Shown: positions 27,329 through 41,395 of the stretch, piece after piece | Layout of the letters: the number at the start of each line of letters is the position of its first letter | Numbering within the stretch: position 1 is the first letter of the stretch | Assembly (NCBI GenBank): GCA_964016885.1 | Contig: OZ024746.1 | Location: forward strand, 102,486,001-102,550,000 | From: Eledone cirrhosa | Taxonomy: Eukaryota | Direction of reading: 5' to 3' | DNA length: 64,000 nucleotides | Position numbers and translations under genes: made by a program | The notes under the pieces: generated by a model | What the model saw: the letters and a program-made list of their open reading frames with translations, nothing else | What the model was told of the DNA's origin: nothing | The model's database searches: none

Positions 27329-30300
27329 ATGTATATATATGTATGTATATATTTGTCCTGGGTATGACATTAAACTACATCCAGTGGCAAGGCTCAAGTT
27401 CAGGAGGAACTGTGGGGAACATGGAGTTACCCCCTTAGTTGTCATAACTCCCAGGTCTGCTCTGGCCTGGTGTAGTAGTACCTGTTGGGGCCCCATTTAT
27501 AGGTTAAATAATAAGATGACAGATCGGCGTACCCTATCAAAGGCCTTCTCTAGGTCAACAAAGGCTAAGTATAGTGGCTTATTTTTCTCTAAGAACCTCT
27601 CTTGTAATTGTCTCATCAAGAAGAGGGCATCTGTTGTACTATTCCCAGGCACAAAACCAAACTGCATCTCATCTAGTTTGACCCTTTCTCTAATTAGTTG
27701 TGCTAATATCCTTTCTGCCACTTTCATAACCTGATCCATCAGTTTTATATCCCTATAATTTCTCCTCTCAAGAGCGTCCCCTTTACTTTTGCACTAGTCT
27801 TTGGGTATGACACTGCCATATATAGCCTGATTGATGATGTGTGCAACCAGTTTAGTGCCTACGTCCCCTGAGGCCTTCAGCATCTCAGCAACTATCTCCG
27901 ATGGTCCAGCAGCCTCACCATTTTTCAATTCCTTAATCGCCTCTTGGACCCTATATTCGTTAATCTCAATTTTAAATGGACCTCTTGATAAGACGAAATG
28001 ACCTGTATAATTTTTTTTTCATATTTAGATGGAATAGAAGAAAAAGAAGAGAAATGAAAGCAATGAAATTAAGTTTTAGAGAAAATATACGCCAACGACA
28101 ATGGAGGTATGATTTCAGTTTAATCTTAACCTAATGACCACTTTACAGAGTGTACTGGGTGTGTCTTACCTCGCTATGTTTACTGTAAACCCTAGATAAC
28201 GAATGCCTTGTTGAGTGTTGTGAATTGTGAACGTGAGGTTGTGTTGTGGGGTTGCTTGGTGAGGTTGCATAAGAAGGGTGTTGTGAGTTTGCATTATGAT
28301 GTAGCTTTGTGAGGCTTTGTTGTGAATTGATAAATATTTGAAAACACACCTCTGTCCCTCAACAGTCAGTCAGTCATTTTCTACTAAAACTCATTGATGC
28401 GAGTCCCTAGCATTGTATCTGTAAGTACATTATGACTATTTTCTCTTGGTGGACTTGACATTCAAAGATATTTGTATATATTTTGTTGATGTTGTTTGTT
28501 AGTTAGGAAATTGCTTAAAAGCTACTTTGATCACAGCACTTTGTAAAGGCAACATATGTTTAAGATTCTTTTTTTCTTTTATTTTTGTTATTCAGATGAC
28601 AGAGAAGGCAAAGAAAGGCACAGAAGAAAAGAACAATGACGATTATTATTATTATTATTACTATTATTATTTGTTTTATTATAATCAAAATATGCTGTTA
28701 GTTTGCCTGCTATCCCACTACGTGCCTGCTATCGCACTCGATCTTTTGTGTACGTTTTATATAATTTATGCCAGTTCCGTTTCTGCATATCGAACATGGC
28801 CATTTCCCTGACGGAATAGAGTTTTGTCCTCTTTTCTACTCATCAACACTCATTCGTGACACAAAGTACAGCGGCATCATTGCGGACAGACTTAATCCCG
28901 ATTTGCACTGACACACTGCCTTGCAGTACGGAACAGCGCACGTCGTCGAGCAGCCTCCTTGCATGCTAAGTACACCTGACGTCTAGCTTCTCTCTTAGCG
29001 GCTGTATATTCTTCTCTACTCGCACTAATTTTGCAAGCATTCCATGCTAGTCTTTAGTCTCCAATGGCCCGATCTACCGTGCTGTCCCACCACCATGTCA
29101 CTCTCTGTCTGGTTGGAACTCTGATCCAGCCACAAGTTTCATCAGTAACCTGCAGTAAGGTATCGCATAAGAAATTCCAGTTATCATCTATGTTGTACGA
29201 CTCTAAATCGTCTTCTTTTTCATCATACACATATTGAAGGGCTTTCCTAAATTTGTATTTTAGTGAGAGCTCTTTTAGCTTCCAGACCTTTCTTTTTTCC
29301 ACACCTTCCTGTATGTCTCATTCAGTCTCTTGCTTAATGAGATATCACTAACGACTAACCTATGCTGTGGGGTACATTCTTCCCCGGGGTATGCCTTTGC
29401 ATTTGACACCATCTGCCTGTCCCGCTGCCTAACTAGCAAGAAGTCAATCTGGCTTATGTGCTTGCCTGATTTGTAGGTTATTAGGTGGTTGGCAGATTTG
29501 TGTAAGTTAGTGTTGTAGATGGTTAGTGCAATTGCATTGCAAAATTCAAGAAGTTTCACTGCTTCATTTCTTAAGCCGTAAGTGTGCCCAACATGTACCT
29601 CAGTGTAACCATCGTAGAGCTGTCCAACATGACCATTGAAATCCCCTGCTAGCATAACGATGTCTCCGTCCTGTCATTGTGGCTGTTTGTAAAAATTGCT
29701 TGTAAATGCAGAATTTCTTGTCTTTACCTAGCAGCAGTTTCTTGCTCTCAATTAACCCTAAAACTAGTCGTAACGCTAACAGTAACACTAACCGTAACAC
29801 TAACTTATGCAGGCCTAGGTAAAGACGAGAAAGATAAAACAAGGAGTGATGCTATTTGAATTTTGTGATGCAAGTGTTTTAACCATTTGCAAAACCAACT
29901 TCCGCAAACCTGCCAACTGCCTAATAACCTACAAATTAGGCAAGCACAGAAGCCGGATTTCTCGGTAGTTAGGCAGCGAGACAGACAGATGGTGTGAAGT
30001 ACCAGGGTGTGCCCCGGGGAGGACTGTTTCCCACAGCGTGGGTTGGTTGTTGGTGATGTCTCGGTGATCCTGAGACGGAGTGAGGAGGGTGTTTATAGGT
30101 AAATAGATAGACTGATGCACAGATATCTGGATAGATTGATAGAGAGATAGATATATAGAGAGCATCATTATCATCGTCTGTTCATCATTTTACGTCCGCT
30201 TTTCCCTGCTTGAAAGGGTGGGACAGGTCCTCTTGAGCAAAGCATCTCTTCACTTGTCACGGTCCTTCGTCATCTCCTTGGTGAGTTTCAGCGATCTGAA

Positions 30301-30646
30301 GTCGGCTCTCACCACCTCCACCCATGTTTTTCGTGGTCTTCCTCTACTGCGTCTCCCTTCTTTACCCAGCGCTCAACCTCCATGCGCATCACATGTCCAT
30401 ACCATCTCAGTCCTCTCTTGCACACCACAACTTATCCCTCTTAAACACAGTTTCTCTCTCAACTCGTTTATGCTTGGTCGTTCCCGCACATTGACATTGC
30501 ACATCCAACGGAGCGTGCTTGCTTCATTTCTCTCCAGCCATCGCATACCCTCTGCAGTTGCTGTCCATGTTTCACTACCATGCAGGGTCGCACATCTCGC
30601 ATAGGCATCATGTAACCACACTTTCGTACGCATATATATATTTGTA

Positions 30647-30687
<41 letters not shown>

Positions 30688-33600
30688 ATGTATATATATG
30701 TATGTATATATTTGTCCTGGGTATGACATTAAACTACATCCAGTGGCAAGGCTCAAGTTCAGGAGGAACTGTGGGGAACATGGAGTTACCCCCTTAGTTG
30801 TCATAACTCCCAGGTCTGCTCTGGCCTGGTGTAGTAGTACCTGTTGGGGCCCCATTTATAGGTTAAATAATAAGATGACAGATCGGCGTACCCTATCAAA
30901 GGCCTTCTCTAGGTCAACAAAGGCTAAGTATAGTGGCTTATTTTTCTCTAAGAACCTCTCTTGTAATTGTCTCATCAAGAAGAGGGCATCTGTTGTACTA
31001 TTCCCAGGCACAAAACCAAACTGCATCTCATCTAGTTTGACCCTTTCTCTAATTAGTTGTGCTAATATCCTTTCTGCCACTTTCATAACCTGATCCATCA
31101 GTTTTATATCCCTATAATTTCTCCTCTCAAGAGCGTCCCCTTTACTTTTGCACTAGTCTTTGGGTATGACACTGCCATATATAGCCTGATTGATGATGTG
31201 TGCAACCAGTTTAGTGCCTACGTCCCCTGAGGCCTTCAGCATCTCAGCAACTATCTCCGATGGTCCAGCAGCCTCACCATTTTTCAATTCCTTAATCGCC
31301 TCTTGGACCCTATATTCGTTAATCTCAATTTTAAATGGACCTCTTGATAAGACGAAATGACCTGTATAATTTTTTTTTCATATTTAGATGGAATAGAAGA
31401 AAAAGAAGAGAAATGAAAGCAATGAAATTAAGTTTTAGAGAAAATATACGCCAACGACAATGGAGGTATGATTTCAGTTTAATCTTAACCTAATGACCAC
31501 TTTACAGAGTGTACTGGGTGTGTCTTACCTCGCTATGTTTACTGTAAACCCTAGATAACGAATGCCTTGTTGAGTGTTGTGAATTGTGAACGTGAGGTTG
31601 TGTTGTGGGGTTGCTTGGTGAGGTTGCATAAGAAGGGTGTTGTGAGTTTGCATTATGATGTAGCTTTGTGAGGCTTTGTTGTGAATTGATAAATATTTGA
31701 AAACACACCTCTGTCCCTCAACAGTCAGTCAGTCATTTTCTACTAAAACTCATTGATGCGAGTCCCTAGCATTGTATCTGTAAGTACATTATGACTATTT
31801 TCTCTTGGTGGACTTGACATTCAAAGATATTTGTATATATTTTGTTGATGTTGTTTGTTAGTTAGGAAATTGCTTAAAAGCTACTTTGATCACAGCACTT
31901 TGTAAAGGCAACATATGTTTAAGATTCTTTTTTTCTTTTATTTTTGTTATTCAGATGACAGAGAAGGCAAAGAAAGGCACAGAAGAAAAGAACAATGACG
32001 ATTATTATTATTATTATTACTATTATTATTTGTTTTATTATAATCAAAATATGCTGTTAGTTTGCCTGCTATCCCACTACGTGCCTGCTATCGCACTCGA
32101 TCTTTTGTGTACGTTTTATATAATTTATGCCAGTTCCGTTTCTGCATATCGAACATGGCCATTTCCCTGACGGAATAGAGTTTTGTCCTCTTTTCTACTC
32201 ATCAACACTCATTCGTGACACAAAGTACAGCGGCATCATTGCGGACAGACTTAATCCCGATTTGCACTGACACACTGCCTTGCAGTACGGAACAGCGCAC
32301 GTCGTCGAGCAGCCTCCTTGCATGCTAAGTACACCTGACGTCTAGCTTCTCTCTTAGCGGCTGTATATTCTTCTCTACTCGCACTAATTTTGCAAGCATT
32401 CCATGCTAGTCTTTAGTCTCCAATGGCCCGATCTACCGTGCTGTCCCACCACCATGTCACTCTCTGTCTGGTTGGAACTCTGATCCAGCCACAAGTTTCA
32501 TCAGTAACCTGCAGTAAGGTATCGCATAAGAAATTCCAGTTATCATCTATGTTGTACGACTCTAAATCGTCTTCTTTTTCATCATACACATATTGAAGGG
32601 CTTTCCTAAATTTGTATTTTAGTGAGAGCTCTTTTAGCTTCCAGACCTTTCTTTTTTCCACACCTTCCTGTATGTCTCATTCAGTCTCTTGCTTAATGAG
32701 ATATCACTAACGACTAACCTATGCTGTGGGGTACATTCTTCCCCGGGGTATGCCTTTGCATTTGACACCATCTGCCTGTCCCGCTGCCTAACTAGCAAGA
32801 AGTCAATCTGGCTTATGTGCTTGCCTGATTTGTAGGTTATTAGGTGGTTGGCAGATTTGTGTAAGTTAGTGTTGTAGATGGTTAGTGCAATTGCATTGCA
32901 AAATTCAAGAAGTTTCACTGCTTCATTTCTTAAGCCGTAAGTGTGCCCAACATGTACCTCAGTGTAACCATCGTAGAGCTGTCCAACATGACCATTGAAA
33001 TCCCCTGCTAGCATAACGATGTCTCCGTCCTGTCATTGTGGCTGTTTGTAAAAATTGCTTGTAAATGCAGAATTTCTTGTCTTTACCTAGCAGCAGTTTC
33101 TTGCTCTCAATTAACCCTAAAACTAGTCGTAACGCTAACAGTAACACTAACCGTAACACTAACTTATGCAGGCCTAGGTAAAGACGAGAAAGATAAAACA
33201 AGGAGTGATGCTATTTGAATTTTGTGATGCAAGTGTTTTAACCATTTGCAAAACCAACTTCCGCAAACCTGCCAACTGCCTAATAACCTACAAATTAGGC
33301 AAGCACAGAAGCCGGATTTCTCGGTAGTTAGGCAGCGAGACAGACAGATGGTGTGAAGTACCAGGGTGTGCCCCGGGGAGGACTGTTTCCCACAGCGTGG
33401 GTTGGTTGTTGGTGATGTCTCGGTGATCCTGAGACGGAGTGAGGAGGGTGTTTATAGGTAAATAGATAGACTGATGCACAGATATCTGGATAGATTGATA
33501 GAGAGATAGATATATAGAGAGCATCATTATCATCGTCTGTTCATCATTTTACGTCCGCTTTTCCCTGCTTGAAAGGGTGGGACAGGTCCTCTTGAGCAAA

Positions 33601-34005
33601 GCATCTCTTCACTTGTCACGGTCCTTCGTCATCTCCTTGGTGAGTTTCAGCGATCTGAAGTCGGCTCTCACCACCTCCACCCATGTTTTTCGTGGTCTTC
33701 CTCTACTGCGTCTCCCTTCTTTACCCAGCGCTCAACCTCCATGCGCATCACATGTCCATACCATCTCAGTCCTCTCTTGCACACCACAACTTATCCCTCT
33801 TAAACACAGTTTCTCTCTCAACTCGTTTATGCTTGGTCGTTCCCGCACATTGACATTGCACATCCAACGGAGCGTGCTTGCTTCATTTCTCTCCAGCCAT
33901 CGCATACCCTCTGCAGTTGCTGTCCATGTTTCACTACCATGCAGGGTCGCACATCTCGCATAGGCATCATGTAACCACACTTTCGTACGCATATATATAT
34001 TTGTA

Positions 34006-34046
<41 letters not shown>

Positions 34047-37000
34047 ATGTATATATATGTATGTATATATTTGTCCTGGGTATGACATTAAACTACATCC
34101 AGTGGCAAGGCTCAAGTTCAGGAGGAACTGTGGGGAACATGGAGTTACCCCCTTAGTTGTCATAACTCCCAGGTCTGCTCTGGCCTGGTGTAGTAGTACC
34201 TGTTGGGGCCCCATTTATAGGTTAAATAATAAGATGACAGATCGGCGTACCCTATCAAAGGCCTTCTCTAGGTCAACAAAGGCTAAGTATAGTGGCTTAT
34301 TTTTCTCTAAGAACCTCTCTTGTAATTGTCTCATCAAGAAGAGGGCATCTGTTGTACTATTCCCAGGCACAAAACCAAACTGCATCTCATCTAGTTTGAC
34401 CCTTTCTCTAATTAGTTGTGCTAATATCCTTTCTGCCACTTTCATAACCTGATCCATCAGTTTTATATCCCTATAATTTCTCCTCTCAAGAGCGTCCCCT
34501 TTACTTTTGCACTAGTCTTTGGGTATGACACTGCCATATATAGCCTGATTGATGATGTGTGCAACCAGTTTAGTGCCTACGTCCCCTGAGGCCTTCAGCA
34601 TCTCAGCAACTATCTCCGATGGTCCAGCAGCCTCACCATTTTTCAATTCCTTAATCGCCTCTTGGACCCTATATTCGTTAATCTCAATTTTAAATGGACC
34701 TCTTGATAAGACGAAATGACCTGTATAATTTTTTTTTCATATTTAGATGGAATAGAAGAAAAAGAAGAGAAATGAAAGCAATGAAATTAAGTTTTAGAGA
34801 AAATATACGCCAACGACAATGGAGGTATGATTTCAGTTTAATCTTAACCTAATGACCACTTTACAGAGTGTACTGGGTGTGTCTTACCTCGCTATGTTTA
34901 CTGTAAACCCTAGATAACGAATGCCTTGTTGAGTGTTGTGAATTGTGAACGTGAGGTTGTGTTGTGGGGTTGCTTGGTGAGGTTGCATAAGAAGGGTGTT
35001 GTGAGTTTGCATTATGATGTAGCTTTGTGAGGCTTTGTTGTGAATTGATAAATATTTGAAAACACACCTCTGTCCCTCAACAGTCAGTCAGTCATTTTCT
35101 ACTAAAACTCATTGATGCGAGTCCCTAGCATTGTATCTGTAAGTACATTATGACTATTTTCTCTTGGTGGACTTGACATTCAAAGATATTTGTATATATT
35201 TTGTTGATGTTGTTTGTTAGTTAGGAAATTGCTTAAAAGCTACTTTGATCACAGCACTTTGTAAAGGCAACATATGTTTAAGATTCTTTTTTTCTTTTAT
35301 TTTTGTTATTCAGATGACAGAGAAGGCAAAGAAAGGCACAGAAGAAAAGAACAATGACGATTATTATTATTATTATTACTATTATTATTTGTTTTATTAT
35401 AATCAAAATATGCTGTTAGTTTGCCTGCTATCCCACTACGTGCCTGCTATCGCACTCGATCTTTTGTGTACGTTTTATATAATTTATGCCAGTTCCGTTT
35501 CTGCATATCGAACATGGCCATTTCCCTGACGGAATAGAGTTTTGTCCTCTTTTCTACTCATCAACACTCATTCGTGACACAAAGTACAGCGGCATCATTG
35601 CGGACAGACTTAATCCCGATTTGCACTGACACACTGCCTTGCAGTACGGAACAGCGCACGTCGTCGAGCAGCCTCCTTGCATGCTAAGTACACCTGACGT
35701 CTAGCTTCTCTCTTAGCGGCTGTATATTCTTCTCTACTCGCACTAATTTTGCAAGCATTCCATGCTAGTCTTTAGTCTCCAATGGCCCGATCTACCGTGC
35801 TGTCCCACCACCATGTCACTCTCTGTCTGGTTGGAACTCTGATCCAGCCACAAGTTTCATCAGTAACCTGCAGTAAGGTATCGCATAAGAAATTCCAGTT
35901 ATCATCTATGTTGTACGACTCTAAATCGTCTTCTTTTTCATCATACACATATTGAAGGGCTTTCCTAAATTTGTATTTTAGTGAGAGCTCTTTTAGCTTC
36001 CAGACCTTTCTTTTTTCCACACCTTCCTGTATGTCTCATTCAGTCTCTTGCTTAATGAGATATCACTAACGACTAACCTATGCTGTGGGGTACATTCTTC
36101 CCCGGGGTATGCCTTTGCATTTGACACCATCTGCCTGTCCCGCTGCCTAACTAGCAAGAAGTCAATCTGGCTTATGTGCTTGCCTGATTTGTAGGTTATT
36201 AGGTGGTTGGCAGATTTGTGTAAGTTAGTGTTGTAGATGGTTAGTGCAATTGCATTGCAAAATTCAAGAAGTTTCACTGCTTCATTTCTTAAGCCGTAAG
36301 TGTGCCCAACATGTACCTCAGTGTAACCATCGTAGAGCTGTCCAACATGACCATTGAAATCCCCTGCTAGCATAACGATGTCTCCGTCCTGTCATTGTGG
36401 CTGTTTGTAAAAATTGCTTGTAAATGCAGAATTTCTTGTCTTTACCTAGCAGCAGTTTCTTGCTCTCAATTAACCCTAAAACTAGTCGTAACGCTAACAG
36501 TAACACTAACCGTAACACTAACTTATGCAGGCCTAGGTAAAGACGAGAAAGATAAAACAAGGAGTGATGCTATTTGAATTTTGTGATGCAAGTGTTTTAA
36601 CCATTTGCAAAACCAACTTCCGCAAACCTGCCAACTGCCTAATAACCTACAAATTAGGCAAGCACAGAAGCCGGATTTCTCGGTAGTTAGGCAGCGAGAC
36701 AGACAGATGGTGTGAAGTACCAGGGTGTGCCCCGGGGAGGACTGTTTCCCACAGCGTGGGTTGGTTGTTGGTGATGTCTCGGTGATCCTGAGACGGAGTG
36801 AGGAGGGTGTTTATAGGTAAATAGATAGACTGATGCACAGATATCTGGATAGATTGATAGAGAGATAGATATATAGAGAGCATCATTATCATCGTCTGTT
36901 CATCATTTTACGTCCGCTTTTCCCTGCTTGAAAGGGTGGGACAGGTCCTCTTGAGCAAAGCATCTCTTCACTTGTCACGGTCCTTCGTCATCTCCTTGGT

Positions 37001-37319
37001 GAGTTTCAGCGATCTGAAGTCGGCTCTCACCACCTCCACCCATGTTTTTCGTGGTCTTCCTCTACTGCGTCTCCCTTCTTTACCCAGCGCTCAACCTCCA
37101 TGCGCATCACATGTCCATACCATCTCAGTCCTCTCTTGCACACCACAACTTATCCCTCTTAAACACAGTTTCTCTCTCAACTCGTTTATGCTTGGTCGTT
37201 CCCGCACATTGACATTGCACATCCAACGGAGCGTGCTTGCTTCATTTCTCTCCAGCCATCGCATACCCTCTGCAGTTGCTGTCCATGTCTCACTACCATG
37301 CAGCATCGCGCATCTCACT

Positions 37320-37350
<31 letters not shown>

Positions 37351-37368
37351 GTACATACATATATATTA

Positions 37369-37960
37369 TGTCAGGTCACCAGTTGGTGCTACTGGTAACA
37401 TGTATCCCAGTACAACCTGTCTCCTGGTCGGGTCGTTGGCGACTAAACTGGCAACCCCACTAAGGTTTCTTGGTGAGGAGGGTGACTTTGGACATCCTGC
37501 AGGACTAAAAACAAAACCTGTCAAAGGGCAAAGGAGCTCTTAAGAGTCAATGGCCATCCAAAATCACCGGGAGAGATGACCCCTTAGCCTGTGTCAAGGC
37601 AGAATTCTAGAAGGAAAACTCTGATATAACACCTGCAACCCTGATGGTATCCAATGATGTTGACTTGTTTTGCTTTTTGGTAAATATCATCTTGGTTAAG
37701 AGAGTGGGACTGGCTTTGTGCAGTGCCTTTGCTCACTATAAAAGCTTCACAGCACAGGCATTGCTTTATATCTGGAGATCTCTCTGCACTCGTCGTCACA
37801 TGGTACGATTGGCCCAGCACTGTCAATAATTGTCACAAGTGTAGTGTTTGTACCAGAGTTTTCAAGTCACTGGCTGGACTAAAACGTCACACTCGTTCAG
37901 CCCATCGGTAGGGGTTCTCCTACATGGATATAAAGTAGGGGCCGTACTCGAAAAAGAGTT
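37369..37960 (+). mobile_element. Short non-autonomous RTE-like element: 5' UTR-like head joined to a C2H2-finger 3' end
   Basis: GAAGGAAAACTCTGAT motif resembles RTE 5' UTRs; CSVCTRVFKSLAGLKRHTRSAH finger; 3' end shared with 4612-4738; bounded by TA/TG microsatellites. Confidence 0.55.
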
Positions 37961-38027
37961 GGCAACCACCATATATATGTATATATGTATATATTTATAT
38001 GTATGTATATATGCATATATTTGTATG

Positions 38028-38066
<39 letters not shown>

Positions 38067-38124
38067 TTCTGGCTTTCTCTTATTTTCACTCACTCCTCCG
38101 CTAGCTCACTTCCTTCCTCGTCCG

Positions 38125-38950
38125 TAACTGTCTCTTCTCTTGCTCACACTTCTACAGTGAATGTGTCTTTTTTTCTTATCAAACCCGCCAGAACTTGTGT
38201 TCGAAATCAATTGTTCACTCGTTTTTTTTTTTTTTTTTTTTCCTTTCTTTTTGTTGCTTCAGCCTTTGTGTCTGTTTATATTTTTCTCTCTCTCTCCCCT
38301 CTTTTTTATCCCAATAACTTATTTTAGTTATTGTTCGGCCTAGGTTGAGGCATCTTGTCTCTAACGCGAAGAAATGCCTATGATTCCTAGCAGACAACTG
38401 ACGATGGATATTGCCCTCTTTTGCCCGTAACTTTTATTTTGATTATATTTCAATGCAACCACACAGCTTGCCATTTTATTCACATAGTTTTCTTCTCAGT
38501 TGTGACCCATCTCTCTTCTATCCCCTTGTTGCTATGCTCTCTCTCCCCCTTCTCCCTCTTCTGCTAGTCACCTTCTCTCGGCTAACCTGCCACTTCTAAA
38601 GCAGTCTCTTCTCTCACTCACACTGCTACAGTGAAGACATGCATTTTTTTTTCTCGTTAAACCCACCAGAACTTATGTTCAAAATGAGTTGTTGACTTGA
38701 TTTTTCCTCTTTTCGTTTCTTCACCCTTCATGTGTGTATCCATTTTTCTCTCTCCCCCTTTTTTTATTCCAATAACTTATTTTAGTTATTGTTCGCCCTA
38801 GGTTGAGGCATCTTGTCTCTAACGCGAAGAAATGCCTATGATTCCTAGCAGACAACTGACGATGGATATTGCCCTCTTTTGCCCATAACTTTTCTTTTCA
38901 TTATACTTAAATGCAACCACACAGCTTGCCATTTTATTCATAGTTTCCTT
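38125..38950. repeat. Diverged direct duplication (~38125-38495 vs ~38600-38950)
   Basis: Shared CCTAGGTTGAGGCATCTTGTCTCTAACGCGAAGAAATGCCTATGATTCCTAGCAGACAACTGACGATGG core. Confidence 0.85.
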
Positions 38951-38957
38951 CTCCGCT

Positions 38958-39226
38958 GAGTTTTGTCCTCTTTTCTACTCATCAACAATTTTGTCTTAGC
39001 TATGTTCACTCTCAGTCCTCTTAATTCCAACTCTGTTTTCATAGCCAGAATTTATTCTCAAGCTCTTCTACTGATTTTATCATCAGCATAGATAAGTTTC
39101 TGTAAACAGGATGTATTCCTACTTGTATCTGGAATTTGTCACTAAACTCCATTCCTACCCTCACTTTACTGACAGCACCTCTGTACAAAGCTTGCAATGT
39201 CCTCACAAGCCATTCATCAACACCTA
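38958..39226 (-). pseudogene. RTE RT fragment
   Basis: GVDEWLVRTLQALYRGAVSKVRVG...VGIH, YADD-like, SVEELENKF. Confidence 0.85.
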
Positions 39227-39308
39227 CACCGAAAAACAACCCAAACCAAACCGTGTGTTCTGTTATTATTTCTTGCAATATTTATAACAATATGACTCTC
39301 CCCTGTTA

Positions 39309-39345
<37 letters not shown>

Positions 39346-39784
39346 TCATACAAATATGTATCGCAGCATTATCAATAAAGGACTTTAACATCTGAAAGTA
39401 TTTCGCATTTTATCATTATATATATATGCACACATACACACACATACACCGAGAGAGACGACATATATTTATATATGCTAGCTGAAGAACTGCCCTTTGG
39501 GCGTTTTTCTGCTAGTATATATAGACATAAGTTTTTGTAGTGTCCCTTTTCTATCATTTAAAAAGAAACTGAAATGCATTTCAACTAAAAGAGTGATAGC
39601 TGTTTCACATGACTGTAGAATTTCTTTGTAGACACAGTTGCCAGCAAACAGACACCTTTCATTTAATATTTTAATATTTTCTTTTTTGTGATAATGCAAC
39701 ATACGTGAGAATTGTGTTTGTAGATAAATGTCTGCCCTTGAAGGTTGTTTCAACTATTTGTGGTCTATCACCATGACGTAGAAC

Positions 39785-41395
39785 TGGAAGAATTTGGTTT
39801 TAGTCACCAGATACCACTAAATGGCTTTTTGCAATCTCGAACATCTTTGAAACTCCTGTCAGGCATTGAAAGATATTCTTATGTCCCATACCTCTCTCAT
39901 CAATGATTAACAGGTCAGCTTGCTGCATAAGTTTACCTGTGTCATCCCTCTTTGTGAAGAAGCAAGTTGATTCAGCAGTCATATTGAGAGGAATCGTGCA
40001 CTTGGAATGAAGAGTTCTTCGTTTGTGAAGCAAAGTGGCTGCTATTCCAGATATGGCAGTGGCAAGTGCAATTATTTTTTTACATTGGAGGTAATCCATT
40101 AGAATGCTTATGACCTGTACCTGCACTTGCATTCAAGCAGAAAATTCTGCCCTCATTTTCATTTACAGAGGTAATTACTTTGTGAAAAAGAACCAGTTGC
40201 TGAGGATTCAATGTTGGCAGAAGTTGATTTATTTGTTTGCATGGACATGAATTGCTCATGATGTTCATGCATGATATCCTCTGCAAGACAATTCTTCTAT
40301 TTCTCCCAGAACTGCAGAGGGTCATTTGGCATGCAGTGCAATTAAATGGTGCAGAAGATCTGTGGCAGCTGAGGACCAACAGACTAAGTTAATCTTTATA
40401 TGAAGTTTACCCAGCCTTGTGATGTATGATCATTCTGAGGTAATATAATTCAGATTGATGTCTTCTGAGAATGCGTCCAAGAGATTCACTCATAAATTGT
40501 TGATCACCATCCAGATGTCCCCTTTTTTTCTTTGCCATTTTTTGTTTGTCCAAGTGAAATATTTAGGAATATCAATATACAATATATCTTGTTCCAGCGG
40601 GTCTCTAATATTCAGTTGAAAATATTCCGTGAACTTAGTCATTGGCTGTCCCCTAGAAAGAACTTTCTTCCTGCCCTTGCTCAAACACGACCATTTGTTC
40701 CCCAAGTAAATGGCAAGGCAACTTTCCAGAATGCTTCACTGGCTGAGATGTACCATGCATTGATATAGGTCTCAATTTCATTTCGAGCATGGACACAATT
40801 TCCTCGATCATCGTTAATAGTGAAAGTGATTTTGTCTGATCCTTTTGTGATGTACTTTAATTAGTTAACAGCCTTGACACTGTAGACAACCTCACAATTG
40901 ACCATGCTATCTACCCCTTCTTCTATACTTTGAAAAGGAACTTTTGGCAACAAATGCGGTTTGCCTTGGGATAACTGTTTGAGCATTGTTATTGTTGTCC
41001 TAGCCCTTCCTTTCATGAGCACATCATATTAACTTGTCCACATGGGCCATGAATGTTGCAAGATGGGGATGATCTTCTGTAGAATTGGAATCTCACAGTA
41101 CACTACCTGATCAATGTCATCAGCAGTTTTGTGCTTACTATCTTCAGCCATTATCTGCAGAATATGAGCATGAGTGGGGCCTCGTTTCTGCCACTCTATT
41201 GTAGCAGAACGAGCAACAACTTTTCCTAGGACATTTTCTTTTTCAGTATGTCACCCATGAGGCTGTCATACTTGATGTTGAAGAATCTTGCACAAATATC
41301 AGGACGGTCTCTAGGTTCTTGACTAGGGTGCAAATTATTTTTTATTTCATCCCAGTTAGAGTTAGTTGTTACCGTGATGAAATAAGACGACTTTA
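39785..41395 (-). pseudogene. Helitron Rep/Helicase relic
   Basis: HUH Rep motifs FITVTTNSNW...DRPDICARFF, TIEWQKRGPTHAHI, KYITKGSD; PIF1 motifs LNASAGTG, ATAISGIAATLL, LLIIDE. Confidence 0.92.

Larger units (their letters stand above)
10480..37316. repeat. Tandem array (macrosatellite/segmental duplication), ~8 copies of a ~3,359-bp unit
   Basis: Marker ORF at 12138, 15631, 18977, 22336, 25695, 29054, 32413, 35772; spacings 3493, 3346, then 3359 five times. Confidence 0.98.

Noticed and set aside
10654-37316. Repeated RT fragments as a retron/DGR-like or functional multi-gene system
   Set aside because: The fragments are truncated RTE LINE pieces lacking the catalytic YADD region and containing stops.
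38391-38430. CTGACGA hammerhead half-core in both copies of the 38.1-38.9 kb duplication
   Set aside because: No downstream GAAA, stem III or stem I partner could be found.
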